Origin: Amoebidium appalachense
Taxonomy: Eukaryota; Protista; Ichthyosporea
Assembly (NCBI GenBank): GCA_963693365.1
Contig: CAVNZM010000012.1
Span: forward strand, 3,348,001-3,412,000
DNA length: 64,000 nucleotides
Direction: 5' to 3'
Part shown: piece by piece, positions 28,284-38,746 of the stretch
Layout: the number at the start of each line of letters is the position of its first letter
Position numbering within the stretch: position 1 is the first letter of the stretch
The notes under the pieces: generated by a model
The model's input: only the letters and a program-made list of their open reading frames with translations
What the model was told of the DNA's origin: nothing
Database searches by the model: none
Position numbers and translations under genes: made by a program

Positions 28284-28746
28284 GTGGGGGGGAGGGGTAG
28301 GGGGGAGGGAGGGGGGTCAGTTAGGAGGTAGTCTAGCAGTGGAAAATTATGTGCCACTGGTGTGTTTGTTAACTTAGCATTAGAAGAAAGAAAAATGGGG
28401 TGCAGAGTGCACGGGCAGGGGGGTCACCGGCAGAAGAGGAAAAAGATGGTGTTTTTAGGCATACACCACGTGCACCGTATGCACGAGGGGAGGCAGCCAA
28501 TAAATTCAGAGCTTAATGCAAAACCAAGCATGTCCAATGTGTCCTTCGGCAAAAGCAACACCAACACCGGAACCATACACGTGTACAAGGGCGGAAGGCT
28601 TGCCAAAAAGAGCAGGCACCAGCACATATAAAAGGCACACACGTGTGCACAGACACGTCACTTTTTTCCAACACAAAAACAGTCAACATCACGAATTAGG
28701 TGAACTTCGGCCGAAACACACACACACACACTGACACGGAAAAAAA

Positions 28747-28995
28747 ATGGACGAAGACACGTTGCTAAGTATGGTGGCCAACACCACGGACCCTGAGAAG
28801 CTGCTAGACCTGTGCCCCTTCCTCTACGACATGTACTGCAACACCACCACACAGCCACGGCCACGGCCACAGACACAAGGGTGCTGGTGGGCATACTGCA
28901 AGGAGAGGGAGACGTGCACGGGGGGACACGACGAATACGAGCACGACGGAGGGGACCAGGAGTACGTGTACGAGGAGGGGGGGAGGGGGGGGGGG

Positions 28996-29026
<31 letters not shown>

Positions 29027-29634
29027 CTGGGTGTACGACGGGAGGGGGTGGGAGGGCAGCGACGGGGAGGGGGAGGAAGACGTATGAGGGGTGCACGGCC
29101 TTCTGGGACAGAAAGAGGTCACAGCCATACAGACACATTAACCACTTCAAGCAGCTGCTGCAGTCGGTGCAGGGCCTGAATGCGAGTATGGGTGACATGC
29201 AGGAGGGGGTGGTGGCAGCATTCAGGGGCGTGCAAGGCATAGAGAACGCCGACCAGGCAAGGAGGGTGCTGAGACAGAACAAACTCACCCAACACTACAC
29301 ACGCGTGCCTTACATACTTAACAGGTTGTACGGGCACCCCCTCCCCAGGTTTACGTGCGAGCAGTTGGAGGTCTTGACGGGCATGTTTAAGTTTTGCTTG
29401 TCGTGGCACCGGAGACACAAGGAGGACACACGGAAGAACTTTGTGGGGTACCCCTTCCTGTTGGTGAAAATGGTAGGGTTAGTGCGTGGTATGGACGCGG
29501 GAGTAATAGCCAGGCTGGTGCCCACGGTCAAAAGCAAAGTGACTAGAGTAAAGAGCGATAGGGTGTGGGCACGGCTGGAGAGGGACCTTAAAAACTACCA
29601 CATGCTAGTGGAACATAACATGTTCTGCCTGTAG
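28747..29634 (+). CDS. VLTF3-like (poxvirus/NCLDV late transcription factor 3 family) protein
   Basis: YRHINHFKQLLQSVQG...VLRQNKLTQHY..VPYILNRL...P.F...MF...RKNFVGYPFLL.K...KS......D.VW matches my recollection of the VLTF3 pattern. Confidence 0.8.
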
Positions 29635-29766
29635 GCGGGTAGCCAGGTGCTACCTGCTCTGCATTTAGAGACAACACTGTGCACAATAGAATGGGGTTGT
29701 GGCAGGCGTGGGGTGGTAGTGGGGGTGTGCCAGCACGTGCCCACACTACCGTCGACCCGCTCAGGT

Positions 29767-29958
29767 TTATTTGAACACCACAGGTGCCGTACGAATGGGT
29801 CTGTTGGCGTTGACGCCGGACAGTTTTACGGTGTAGGCCAGGGGACGTTGCCGAAAGTCCCGTATGGTGGACACGTCCATGACATTCAGGTTGTTGTTCT
29901 GTTCCGGGAAGATAAACGGCCTCTTGCGTGTGGGGGGCCCGCCGGGGTTGAGCTCCAT
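29767..29958 (-). CDS. Small viral hypothetical protein (63 aa)
   Basis: Good start context, upstream A/T-TGTG motif, co-oriented with the capsid block. Confidence 0.5.
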   Translation of the reverse strand: MELNPGGPPTRKRPFIFPEQNNNLNVMDVSTIRDFRQRPLAYTVKLSGVNANRPIRTAPVVFK

Positions 29959-29997
29959 GATGGTGCTGCAGGCTGTTTACACTAGCACACACAATAT

Positions 29998-30219
29998 TTA
30001 AAAGTTTTGGAAGGAGCTCTGGTCGGCGGCCACGGGCCACGGTGTGTAGGTGGGGGGTCTGGGCCTCATGGTCCCCCCTGGCCCCTCGACGACGTTGCCC
30101 GGGCCGTAGAACGGGCGGGTCTGTGGTGCGGGTCGGGCGCGGTAGGGTAGGGGTACGGGGAGGGGTGCCAGCGTGTGGGGCAAAGCGTGCATGCGCATGT
30201 GCTCGGTGCTGTGTGCCAT
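29998..30219 (-). CDS. Small Pro-rich viral hypothetical protein (73 aa)
   Basis: Fills the gap in a tightly packed minus-strand array. Confidence 0.45.
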   Translation of the reverse strand: MAHSTEHMRMHALPHTLAPLPVPLPYRARPAPQTRPFYGPGNVVEGPGGTMRPRPPTYTPWPVAADQSSFQNF

Positions 30220-30250
30220 GTCTGCCGCCGCTGCTGCCTAATGACGTAGA

Positions 30251-33007
30251 TTATTTGCCGGCACCCTTCTTCCTCTTCTTCTTCTCCTTGCTGGCTGTCT
30301 TGGTGCGGTACACCCCACGGGCAGACTTAGGGACCGGGCCACCCTCGACATACCCAGCGGCATGGCTGTCCGGCACAACCCCTTGCCTGTGCACGTGTGC
30401 ACGCACGTGCGGGTGGTGTGGGTGCATGGGCATGTCCCCCCTCCCGTAGTTGGCATGATGGTGCACGGCCGCTGCCAGCCCAGGGGTGGCTGTGGGTGAA
30501 GGGGCACCGGTGGGGGTGGGCACGGGGAAGCTCGGACCATGTGGCCACGTGGGGGTGCCTGTGGGGGTGGGGTGAGCAGTAGCCGTGGCTGTTGGCGTGT
30601 ACGGTAGGCGTGGTACGCCAGTGTTGTTACCTTTGGTAGCAACCTTCAGCATGTGCAGAGCTACCCCCTTTGCTACCTTCTGGAGTTCTCCGAGGGTGTC
30701 ACGGTTCCCCAACACGGCCTCTTGCAGGTTCGGGCCACCGCCACCAACACCGCCGTCAGCAATAGCCGGCTGGCCACCGTCACCATGGTGGCCCCTTACC
30801 ACGTTGCCCAGAAGCTGGCGTGCTGCCCCCATGAACACCCCCCTCACGTAGGAGGCCACGGCAGGGTGGTCCCACCCCGTCTGGTCCTCCCTCACCCGCC
30901 TTGTGAACTCCTCCGGGCTCTCCCGCCCGAGCATGTCAAGGTGTTCCCGCAACCCCCTGCCAAAAGGGACTCAGCACCCCCTCCTCGTCGGGTCGGGCGG
31001 GGGACGTGGGGGGTCTCCACACAGCGGCAGCACCCCCTGTTTGCGAGACCGCCCTCTTGGTGCTTGGGTACATCGTCACGTCACCGTCATAGCCGATGGC
31101 TGCTGGGGTGGGGCTGGGGCTGGGGCTGGGGGTGGGCGTGGTGGTGGGGCCGTCAATACCAAGGGGCAGGTCTGAAAGCTTCCCCCCTCGCACACAGTAC
31201 TCATACAGGGCCTGCCTCGAGGCCTTGGGCTCTTCCTTCTTGAGTCCCCAAGCTACGAATTTGATGGCTTGGTACGGGGCGAAACCCTGCAGAGCTTGAT
31301 AATACTCGGGGTGTTTGTCCAACAACTCTTTCTCAAAGTCCCACATGGGCTCCTGGAACTCGTAATTGGCTGGTGCCAGAGCGTTTGCGACGTCCAAGAG
31401 CGTGACGTTGGACAAGGGTAGTTTCATTTTCCACACATCCAGCTCGTTGGTGGGCGTCGGTGTAGGTGTGACTGTGGGGTGGGCCTGGGACTCGGGCGTT
31501 GGGGGCGCAGGCACGAGGGGGAAGGCTTCGGCCCAAATTTGCAACGGCCACCCGCCAGACTTTGGCGGCCGTGGGGGTATCATGGCCGGCGGGTCGGGTC
31601 CACGGTAGGCAGGGGACTGGGGGTACGGCGTTGGTGCCGGTTGTAGTGGTGGGGGGAAGGGTATGGCCGGGGCAGTCGGCCTCCGCCGTGGCCCGTTACG
31701 ACCCATGGACAGGCCAGTACCGTTCCCTTTGGCGGGCGACTGTGGCGGGGGTTGAACCGTCTGCGGTGGGAAGGGTATGGGTGGTCCGTCCGGCTTGGCC
31801 GGCAGGTGGGGGGCCATGGGGGTCTGTGGGTTGAGCTCCGGGGGGAAGGGTACGGGGGTGGCCGGTTCCTTGGGTGCCTTCCAATACAAGGACTCTGGCG
31901 GGGTGGGCATGGTGGGACCGGTCATATGGGGTGCCAAGACCCCCACATGGAGTGGGGAGGGGCGGTTGGGGTCGTTGCCGGCCAGGGTAACCGGCCGTGG
32001 ACGTGGCCAGGCACTGGTCGTTGGCTCATCGTCGTCGTCATCGGGAGGCGTGTGTAGAGGTTGTACCGGGGCTACGGTGGGTCCGTGGGCTACCGCAGGC
32101 TCCACAACGTCGACGTGCTTGCTTGCCACTGCCACCGGCAGTGACCCAGGACGGGTTGTGCTGGTCCGTGTCACCGGCAGACCGGTGCCTTTCCCTTTGC
32201 CGGGCACCCTCGACCGGTCTGGCTTGGACGTCGGGAGGGGCTGGCCCGTCAAGGGGGGAAAGGGTATGGGTGGACCATTGGGCTTGGCCGGCAGGTGGGG
32301 TGCCGTGGGAGTCTGTGGGTCAAGCTCTGGGGGGAAGGCCACGGGGACACGGGGCGGGGGAGGCACCTCCCATTTCAGGGACTCTGGCAGGGTGGGCATG
32401 GTGGGGCCGGCCACATGGGGCGCCAGGGGCCCGAAGGAGGGTGCGGGCTCGTTATGGGGCCGGCGGCGTGGTGCGTTTAGGGCAGGGGTTTTGGGCGGTG
32501 GAGGTGGCTTGGGAGGTGGGGGGTACGGTATGGCCGGAGCCCGGCCCGGGGGTGTGGCCGGGACAGGTGGGGGGAGGGGTGGGGTCGGCAGGGGGGCCAC
32601 GTCGGGCAAGGGGGGCGGAGGTGCCCTAGGTCTGTTCCACACGTACGTGCTACCGTACTTGTCCTCAAAGTGCTCATAGCCAGGGTGGTAGGCTACGTCT
32701 ACCTTCACCACCTCCGGCAACCGACCACCCCACCGCTCCAGTGGCTGGTTGGGGTCCAGATATGTGTGGGCCTTCTTGAAAAATGCCTCAACCCCACCCC
32801 TGACCAACGCCTTGTAGCTATGTCGGAGTAGTGAAAGTTTGGGAGTCCCAAAGTACCCAACGGTCACGTGGTCTCCCGCCACTTGCCTGAATGCACGTCT
32901 TCCGGGTACTGGTACTTGACAGTGTACCTGCCCAGGGGCCAAACCCTACTCGTCTCAGAGTCCAAGTCATCAGCGTGCCCATGAGGCTGCTGCACGTTGG
33001 GGGACAT
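30251..33007 (-). CDS. Large proline-rich viral protein with basic C-terminus; frameshifts at ~32875 and ~30955
   Basis: ORFs 30936-32942 and 30251-30952 joined. Internal ~63-aa duplication (LAPH..GPTMPT.PESL.W...FPPEL.PQTP.APHLPAKP.GPPIPFPP). Ends KEKKKRKKGAGK. Confidence 0.65.
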
Positions 33008-33040
33008 GGTGGACACGGTGTTGTTGTAAACTGGTGTTTA

Positions 33041-33418
33041 TTATTTCGCAGCGTACTGCGCCATGGGTTGCCGGGCATAGCTGCCCTGGGGGTCACTGCT
33101 GTGCCCCACCCTCACGGGCGTAAAGTCGACATAGTAGGACTTGCTGTTGAGGGGGAGCCCCCTGCTGCCCAGACCGCTCCTGCCGGGCATGGAGGGCACG
33201 TGGTTGTCGGTGGGCAGGTTGTTGAAGGTCGGCAGCCGGCTGAAGGGCACACCGTAAACGCCGGCCTGGAAGGCGGCGTCCGTGTGCCGTGCCCGGTAGG
33301 GGGCCGCATAGGCAGCCTCGTACTCGGCCTCGGGTGCCAGCTTGTAGCCGTACACGGCCGCCTGCGTGGGTGTGGGCGCCAGTGGAATACCGTTGACGTT
33401 GGCCATGGCCGCGTTCAT
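33041..33418 (-). CDS. Viral hypothetical protein downstream of MCP (candidate core protein)
   Basis: 125 aa, Tyr/Ala/Pro-rich, viral-like codon usage. Confidence 0.6.
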   Translation of the reverse strand: MNAAMANVNGIPLAPTPTQAAVYGYKLAPEAEYEAAYAAPYRARHTDAAFQAGVYGVPFSRLPTFNNLPTDNHVPSMPGRSGLGSRGLPLNSKSYYVDFTPVRVGHSSDPQGSYARQPMAQYAAK

Positions 33419-33457
33419 ACTTGCTAGGTGGCCCACACAATTTGCACCTTTGAGTTA

Positions 33458-35197
33458 TTAAGCCTCCACCGTCACCTCACGGGCACCGGACAGCACCAGC
33501 ACGTTCTCGTGGTGCACGAAGGTGTCGAGGGTCAGGTCGTCCTGAACCGTGGGTTCCCCGACCCCGGCGGAGAACTTTTCCGTGTTCAGGTGCAGCAGAA
33601 TGGGGGTGGCGTCGGAGCTGGTGTCGAGCCCAGAGTACAGGTCACGGTCCCTCTCGAGGTCCAGGGCGATCATGAACTGCTTGTCGGGCCAGGACGTGGA
33701 GTTGTACATGCAATCGGCCGTGACGTCACCCAAGAAGTAGAGGGCCTTAGCCAGCTCGGCCCATGCCTCGGCGCAGTTGTTCTTCGACACACGAATTTCG
33801 TCGAGGGGCTTCTGGTAGGGGCCTATCTTGATCTGGTAGCTCGTTATGTTGCTGCGTTCCGACCTAAACGACTCGTAGCCGGCCTGGGCCCACGTGTTGC
33901 CGTTACGAACGAGGGAGAGCAGGGACTTGACGTTTCTCCCCCGGAACGAAATGTGCAGGTCGGCAGGGCTGCCCCCCTTGACGTAGCTCTGGAAGTGGGT
34001 GAACGTGCTGTAGGGAATGTACACGTTCTTCTCCATCAAGGCCTTTTCGAAGCCGGCCGTGTAGACGGCGTTCCACTCGATGATTTCGCAGTGGAGGACG
34101 GGGTTGATGATCTCGTAGGCGACGTCCTTGAGCCAATTCTCGTTCTCGGTGGGCACGTACAACACTTGGTTTGCCTCACCCAACGACAGCTCGATCTGCA
34201 CCTCCCCCATGTACGACAGCGGGAGGTACCGGCCGGACCGCATGAGGCCGAGCTTGAGCTGGTGAATGTAGGTGAACCCGTCGGTGGCGTCGATTTGGGC
34301 CTGGATGTTGGCCTGGTGGGGAGGCCACTTGGCGGCGCGGGCGGTGTAGTCGAGGAAGCGGTCGGCAGGAATGCCGTCCTTGCCCGGCAGCTTGTCGACA
34401 TCGGGGGCAAACAGGGCCTCGTCGGGCAACGGGTCCGTCCTCCTCGCCTTCTCGATGCCAAAGAGCTTTTTGAGGGGGTCGGGGTTGAAGCACGAGTACT
34501 GGGCGGCCGTGGTGGTGTTCCACTTGTCCGCATACTCCCAGTCGGCGTCCTGCGGGCTGTACGTCCCGTGCATGCGGCCGGCGGGGCTGTTGCCGTAGTC
34601 GGCCGACAACAGGAACCGTTCCAGGTTGATCATCAGGTGGTTGTAGCCTGAAATGTCCTCGACGGTGGTGCCGTTGATGGACACACGGGCCCGTTCAAAC
34701 GGTGCGGCCGAGGAGCAGAGGTGGCCCCCCATCATGGCCATCCCCTCCAGGTTGCGGACCTTGAGGGGGAAAATGTCGGTTGCCGCCGCGTTGTTGTTGA
34801 GGGTGTTGTTGGCCAACGTCTCGCTCTGGGGCACGGTGGTGCCCTCGTAGTCCCTTATGGTGGTGTCGATCTCGAGGGGGTGGGCCAGCTGACCGGGGAG
34901 GGGGAACCTGCGCAGCCTCTCCACCTTCACGCCCACGTACTCGGGGGCGTTGGGCACGTTGGCCTTGAACTGGAACGTCATGTAGGAGTTGAGACAGTCC
35001 AGGAAGCCCACGGCCGGCAGGGAGAACCGAATCACGCGCTGCCCCTTTGAGCTGTACGTCGAGCCGGTCACCGGGTAGGTCTTGACCGTCGACCGGCGGT
35101 TGATGTGGCTGAGCTCCACGGGCGAGTACGTGCCGGCGTCCGTCAGCTTGTGGTAGGCCATGTTGAGGGGCACGGAGGCGTCGTAGGGGGCTGCCAT
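33458..35197 (-). CDS. Major capsid protein, double jelly-roll, PLV type
   Basis: IRFSLP..GFLD..NSYMTF, PFER.RVSING..VEDI..YN, YLPL..MG.VQIEL.L and FMIALDLE...SGLDT. Adjacent to the packaging ATPase. Confidence 0.85.
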   Translation of the reverse strand: MAAPYDASVPLNMAYHKLTDAGTYSPVELSHINRRSTVKTYPVTGSTYSSKGQRVIRFSLPAVGFLDCLNSYMTFQFKANVPNAPEYVGVKVERLRRFPLPGQLAHPLEIDTTIRDYEGTTVPQSETLANNTLNNNAAATDIFPLKVRNLEGMAMMGGHLCSSAAPFERARVSINGTTVEDISGYNHLMINLERFLLSADYGNSPAGRMHGTYSPQDADWEYADKWNTTTAAQYSCFNPDPLKKLFGIEKARRTDPLPDEALFAPDVDKLPGKDGIPADRFLDYTARAAKWPPHQANIQAQIDATDGFTYIHQLKLGLMRSGRYLPLSYMGEVQIELSLGEANQVLYVPTENENWLKDVAYEIINPVLHCEIIEWNAVYTAGFEKALMEKNVYIPYSTFTHFQSYVKGGSPADLHISFRGRNVKSLLSLVRNGNTWAQAGYESFRSERSNITSYQIKIGPYQKPLDEIRVSKNNCAEAWAELAKALYFLGDVTADCMYNSTSWPDKQFMIALDLERDRDLYSGLDTSSDATPILLHLNTEKFSAGVGEPTVQDDLTLDTFVHHENVLVLSGAREVTVEA

Positions 35198-35210
35198 GTT
35201 GGTGGTGTGT

Positions 35211-36014
35211 TTACCTATGCCGTACATTTTTTTCGCCGTCACTGTCGCCGCCACCGTCGGACCCCGGGGACCCCAGCACCACCTCCTGTTCGAAATTTCG
35301 AAACATCCGCCCCTCGTTCAAGCGGATAAAGAGGAAGTCGTGCTTGCCCCGGTAGACCGTGTCCATCAATTCGAAAAATTGGGGGGTCTCGAGGGCGGGT
35401 AGGAACTCGTCCCGCAACACCTTGAGCTCGGTGTTGTTGGTGTTCTTGAAGTAGGCCAAGGCGTCAGCCTGGCTGCGCAGCTCGAGGGGTATCTTGTTGA
35501 GCTTCTGCCCGACCATCATCACCGACACACCAATGTGTCGGCGGTTCTGCGCCATGCGCACAAACTCGCGCAGGTTGCCCGACTTGCGAAAAATGTGGGA
35601 CATGTCGTCAAACACCAGCAGCATGCGGTAGTTGGGGTTAACCTTCTTGTGCTGAAGCGACAGCTTGAGAATCTCGGGGAGGAACGACACGTCCTGGTGC
35701 AGGCGGGCCTTGGGGATTTTCAGGGCCGTGCCCAGGGTGTGCATGCTCGGGCTGAAAATGTACACGCGGTCAAACAGTTTATTGTAGAACTGACCCTCCC
35801 GGGCAATCAAGTTGACGAGCAGGTTGGACTTGCCGGACCCGGGCTGGCCAATGAGCAGGAAGAAGAACACGTTGTCCATCAACGGGTAGGGCACCCTCAG
35901 CTTGGTGTCGCACGTCATTGGTATGTGCTCCACCGAGAGGGGTGCGGGCAGGGGCTTGACGGCAATGGGCGGGGGCGGGTGCATGATGGTGTCACTCTCA
36001 CCCAACAGGCCCAT
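35211..36014 (-). CDS. A32/FtsK-like DNA packaging ATPase
   Basis: Walker A GQPGSGKS, Walker B LLVFDD, and RRHIGVSVMMVGQ with an arginine finger. Confidence 0.93.
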   Translation of the reverse strand: MGLLGESDTIMHPPPPIAVKPLPAPLSVEHIPMTCDTKLRVPYPLMDNVFFFLLIGQPGSGKSNLLVNLIAREGQFYNKLFDRVYIFSPSMHTLGTALKIPKARLHQDVSFLPEILKLSLQHKKVNPNYRMLLVFDDMSHIFRKSGNLREFVRMAQNRRHIGVSVMMVGQKLNKIPLELRSQADALAYFKNTNNTELKVLRDEFLPALETPQFFELMDTVYRGKHDFLFIRLNEGRMFRNFEQEVVLGSPGSDGGGDSDGEKNVRHR

Positions 36015-36018
36015 AAAA

Positions 36019-36255
36019 TTAGTGCCTGCAGCCGTCCATTTGCACGTTGTAGACCGTGAAGTCGTCCAGGCACTTGAAGCTGCAGAGGTACATGGGCTCG
36101 TCACCCAGCCACGTCATGACGCACCCACAGTCAAAGTCGTAGCCCGGCCCCTCCTCCTGTGTCGCGCACTTGAACCAGTGCCCACAGTAGTCGCACGCGT
36201 GCTGCCATGGTTCGGCGTCCGTGTCGGATGCCGCCTTGGTTGTCGGGTTGGCCAT
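36019..36255 (-). CDS. Small Cys-rich (zinc-finger-like) viral protein
   Basis: CDYC...CGC...CSFKC; preceded by the AAAAAATGTG motif. Confidence 0.55.
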   Translation of the reverse strand: MANPTTKAASDTDAEPWQHACDYCGHWFKCATQEEGPGYDFDCGCVMTWLGDEPMYLCSFKCLDDFTVYNVQMDGCRH

Positions 36256-36282
36256 GTCGGTTGCCGTGTCTGTAATACGGCG

Positions 36283-36329
36283 CACATTTTTTGGACGTTG
36301 GTACCGTCCAACGTCGGTAAAAAAATGTG
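36283..36329. promoter_or_regulatory. Putative bidirectional viral promoter
   Basis: Divergent AAAAAATGTG motifs flank an inverted repeat GACGTTGG/CCAACGTC, between two divergent ORFs. Confidence 0.55.
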
Positions 36330-36348
36330 TGCGTACTGGTAACCAACC

Positions 36349-36957
36349 ATGTCGGCCGAAGACAACCAAATCGAGCGCGTGTCTGACGGCGAAGTCCACC
36401 AACCCGTGTCCAACGGCGCCACCGGCATGGGTGTGGAGCCCATGGTGTTGGACGCCGGCCACGTGGCCAAGGCGAGACGGCAGCCCACGGCCCGGCAGCT
36501 GGAGGCCCTGGAGAAGGGTCGGAGCACCAGGGTGGAACGCATGCGGCGAAACAAGGACTACATCCGTGAACTCGAGCAGAAGCTGCAGGTGCTGGAGACC
36601 CGCCCGGCCGGCCCCCCGCCGGCAAAAGCAGAAGCACCGGCACAACCCCCAAAAGCACCCCGGCCAAGGCAGAAGAAGGCACCACGGAAGCCCATGACGA
36701 GGGTGGCGTTCGAGGAAGGGGACAGCGATGGTGGCTATGACGACTCGGACCCGCACGGCAACCCCTACTACCAGTACTACATGCCCCCGCCGGTACCACA
36801 CCCCATGGGTGCACCGGGCGGGTACGCACCTCCACAGACACGCCACAGTGCCCCCCACACGGGCATGGGCTACGGCCCGTACCACCCTCCTGCAGCAGCA
36901 GCACCCCCTCCCCAGCGCAGCTACAGCGACCACATCGCCAGCCTCATTTCGTGGTGA
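36349..36957 (+). CDS. Viral hypothetical protein (coiled coil, Pro/Tyr-rich tail)
   Basis: 202 aa; RRQPTARQLEALEKGR motif; good start context. Confidence 0.7.
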   Translation: MSAEDNQIERVSDGEVHQPVSNGATGMGVEPMVLDAGHVAKARRQPTARQLEALEKGRSTRVERMRRNKDYIRELEQKLQVLETRPAGPPPAKAEAPAQPPKAPRPRQKKAPRKPMTRVAFEEGDSDGGYDDSDPHGNPYYQYYMPPPVPHPMGAPGGYAPPQTRHSAPHTGMGYGPYHPPAAAAPPPQRSYSDHIASLISW

Positions 36958-37013
36958 CGTAGGAAGGAAAAATTCGTGTGCCCCAACTAGTAGCAAGCTA
37001 CCGGTGCACGGCC

Positions 37014-37304
37014 ATGGCTACCCCTAGGAGCACGAAAAACCTGCCGTCGGCGTACTCGTCGCCGTTTACGTTCGACGACTACCTCGAGTTCTACATACGA
37101 CACGGCACGGACAAACAGTTCGACCCGGCCGACAAGGCCGGGAAGAAGCCCGAAAACAAAATCGAAAAAAAATTCCTGAGGCTGAAGAAGAGGGTGCCGG
37201 TCGACCGGCAGGAGGAGCTGAGGAAGGTGCTGGAATACGAGGCCGAGCTCGACGCCCGCATGCTGGCCCACATACAGAAGCAGGAGGGGGAGACCAACAT
37301 CTAA
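37014..37304 (+). CDS. Viral hypothetical protein (96 aa)
   Basis: Charged ORF with viral-like codon usage, tail-to-tail with the next gene. Confidence 0.6.
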   Translation: MATPRSTKNLPSAYSSPFTFDDYLEFYIRHGTDKQFDPADKAGKKPENKIEKKFLRLKKRVPVDRQEELRKVLEYEAELDARMLAHIQKQEGETNI

Positions 37305-37546
37305 AAATAGGACCGGCCACCGCCTGACCGACCGGCCCGGAAAGACCTCTGCAGGTAGTTGATGTTGCTGCCGGCGTAGGCAATGCCCTGGGCGGTACGA
37401 CCAATGTCCATGACCGTCCGGAACCTGTCCCAGGCCTCGTTGGGGTGGACGATGACGGTGTGGCTGCGTGGTGTGGCCGTGCGGTCCGGCAGTGCCGGCC
37501 GCCAGTACTCGGAGTCGTTGACGTGCCCCACCCCTCGAAAATCCAT
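37301..37546 (-). CDS. Small viral hypothetical protein (81 aa)
   Basis: Good start context (aaacaaacATG); Gly/Arg-rich C-terminus. Confidence 0.5.
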   Translation of the reverse strand: MDFRGVGHVNDSEYWRPALPDRTATPRSHTVIVHPNEAWDRFRTVMDIGRTAQGIAYAGSNINYLQRSFRAGRSGGGRSYF

Positions 37547-37602
37547 GTTTGTTTGTAAGGCTCCCGTTAACCGTTGTATGTCAAAATATAGCCACCGTGA
37601 CG

Positions 37603-38688
37603 CTAGCCGAACCGTTGGGGTTTGGCCATGGGCCGGATCGCCGTGACCCCCGTGGGGCTCGGGATTCGCCGGAGGCACAATAAAACCGTCATGTCCCCCC
37701 TCAGCCCCACCACGTCCCCGTAGCAGCTGACCAGCTTGATGCTGAGCGAGTTGATGTGCGTGCTGACGTCCAGAGGCAGCTCGGCGACGGCCCCGTTGTC
37801 AAAGAGGGGGAGGGCGTACTGCGGGAAGGTGGGTATGACGGCCAGAATGTCCTTGCTCGGATAGGACGACTGGAACTTGACGTCGGCGTTGGCCACGCTC
37901 ACCGACGACTCCGAATTCACCCCGTGCAGCTCAAGGAAAAAGTGGCTGGGGAATGCCAGTATGTTGGGGGCCATGACCTCTCCCTCTGCCTTGGAGGCGG
38001 CTAGCTGGCCGTCGAGGGGCATGCCGGCCGCTGCAGCCATGACCGGGCTGTCGAACCACATGACCACCCGGTAAAACTCGTTCGCATTGAACAGCGTGAT
38101 GCGGCTGGCTACTTGGTGACACCCCACCCCCAACGTGTCCACGTCGTTCACAATCTCGTCCTTGATGGCGTCGGGTAGATTCGGGTGGTAGACTTCCCTC
38201 AAGGCGTAGTTCAACCAGGCAGCCACGAGCGTGCCCACAATGTTCTCGTCGTCTAGTTCATACGCCTCAGAGTCATCCGCGCACAGTTTTCTGGACCCAC
38301 GGCCGACGTACTCCCCCCTAGGGTCCACCCCAAACTCGTACAGGGGTATCTGCTTGAAGGTCGACAACGACGATTCCGGCACGTCCGCAGGGAGGGGCTC
38401 CAGGGGTATGCGTCTGTGCTCCATGCTGGGCCCCCACCCGCCCGGGGAGCCGGGGTCGACCGGCCGCAGGGCAATGTTGACGTAGCACTTGTCACAAGGG
38501 AAGGGGAAGTAGAAGGTGTTGGCCGACGTCATGGTGCTCACCCAACGGGCACCCAACGACGTGTTCTGCATGAACCCGATGGGCGGTGAGAGCATGGCCT
38601 TCATCTGCACAGGTGCAGGCTCCTGCTGGCCCTGCACAAAGTCACCGACGTGCTGCATGACAACCAGGTGTGTGGGTGCGTGGTCCAT
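37603..38688 (-). CDS. Probable minor capsid (penton) protein
   Basis: C-terminal ILAVIP...INSLSIKLVSCYGDVVGLRG.MTVLLCL resembles the end of Polinton/PLV single jelly-roll proteins; lies next to the fibre genes. Confidence 0.6.
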   Translation of the reverse strand: MDHAPTHLVVMQHVGDFVQGQQEPAPVQMKAMLSPPIGFMQNTSLGARWVSTMTSANTFYFPFPCDKCYVNIALRPVDPGSPGGWGPSMEHRRIPLEPLPADVPESSLSTFKQIPLYEFGVDPRGEYVGRGSRKLCADDSEAYELDDENIVGTLVAAWLNYALREVYHPNLPDAIKDEIVNDVDTLGVGCHQVASRITLFNANEFYRVVMWFDSPVMAAAAGMPLDGQLAASKAEGEVMAPNILAFPSHFFLELHGVNSESSVSVANADVKFQSSYPSKDILAVIPTFPQYALPLFDNGAVAELPLDVSTHINSLSIKLVSCYGDVVGLRGDMTVLLCLRRIPSPTGVTAIRPMAKPQRFG

Positions 38689-38746
38689 GGTGGTGGTTGT
38701 TACGTAATGAGGTACAAAAAATCGCCGTGTAACAGTAACGTGCAAC

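Noticed and set aside
33428-34651. Long antisense ORFs over MCP, polB and the fibre gene
   Set aside because: Shadow ORFs expected from high GC3 codon bias; no motifs.
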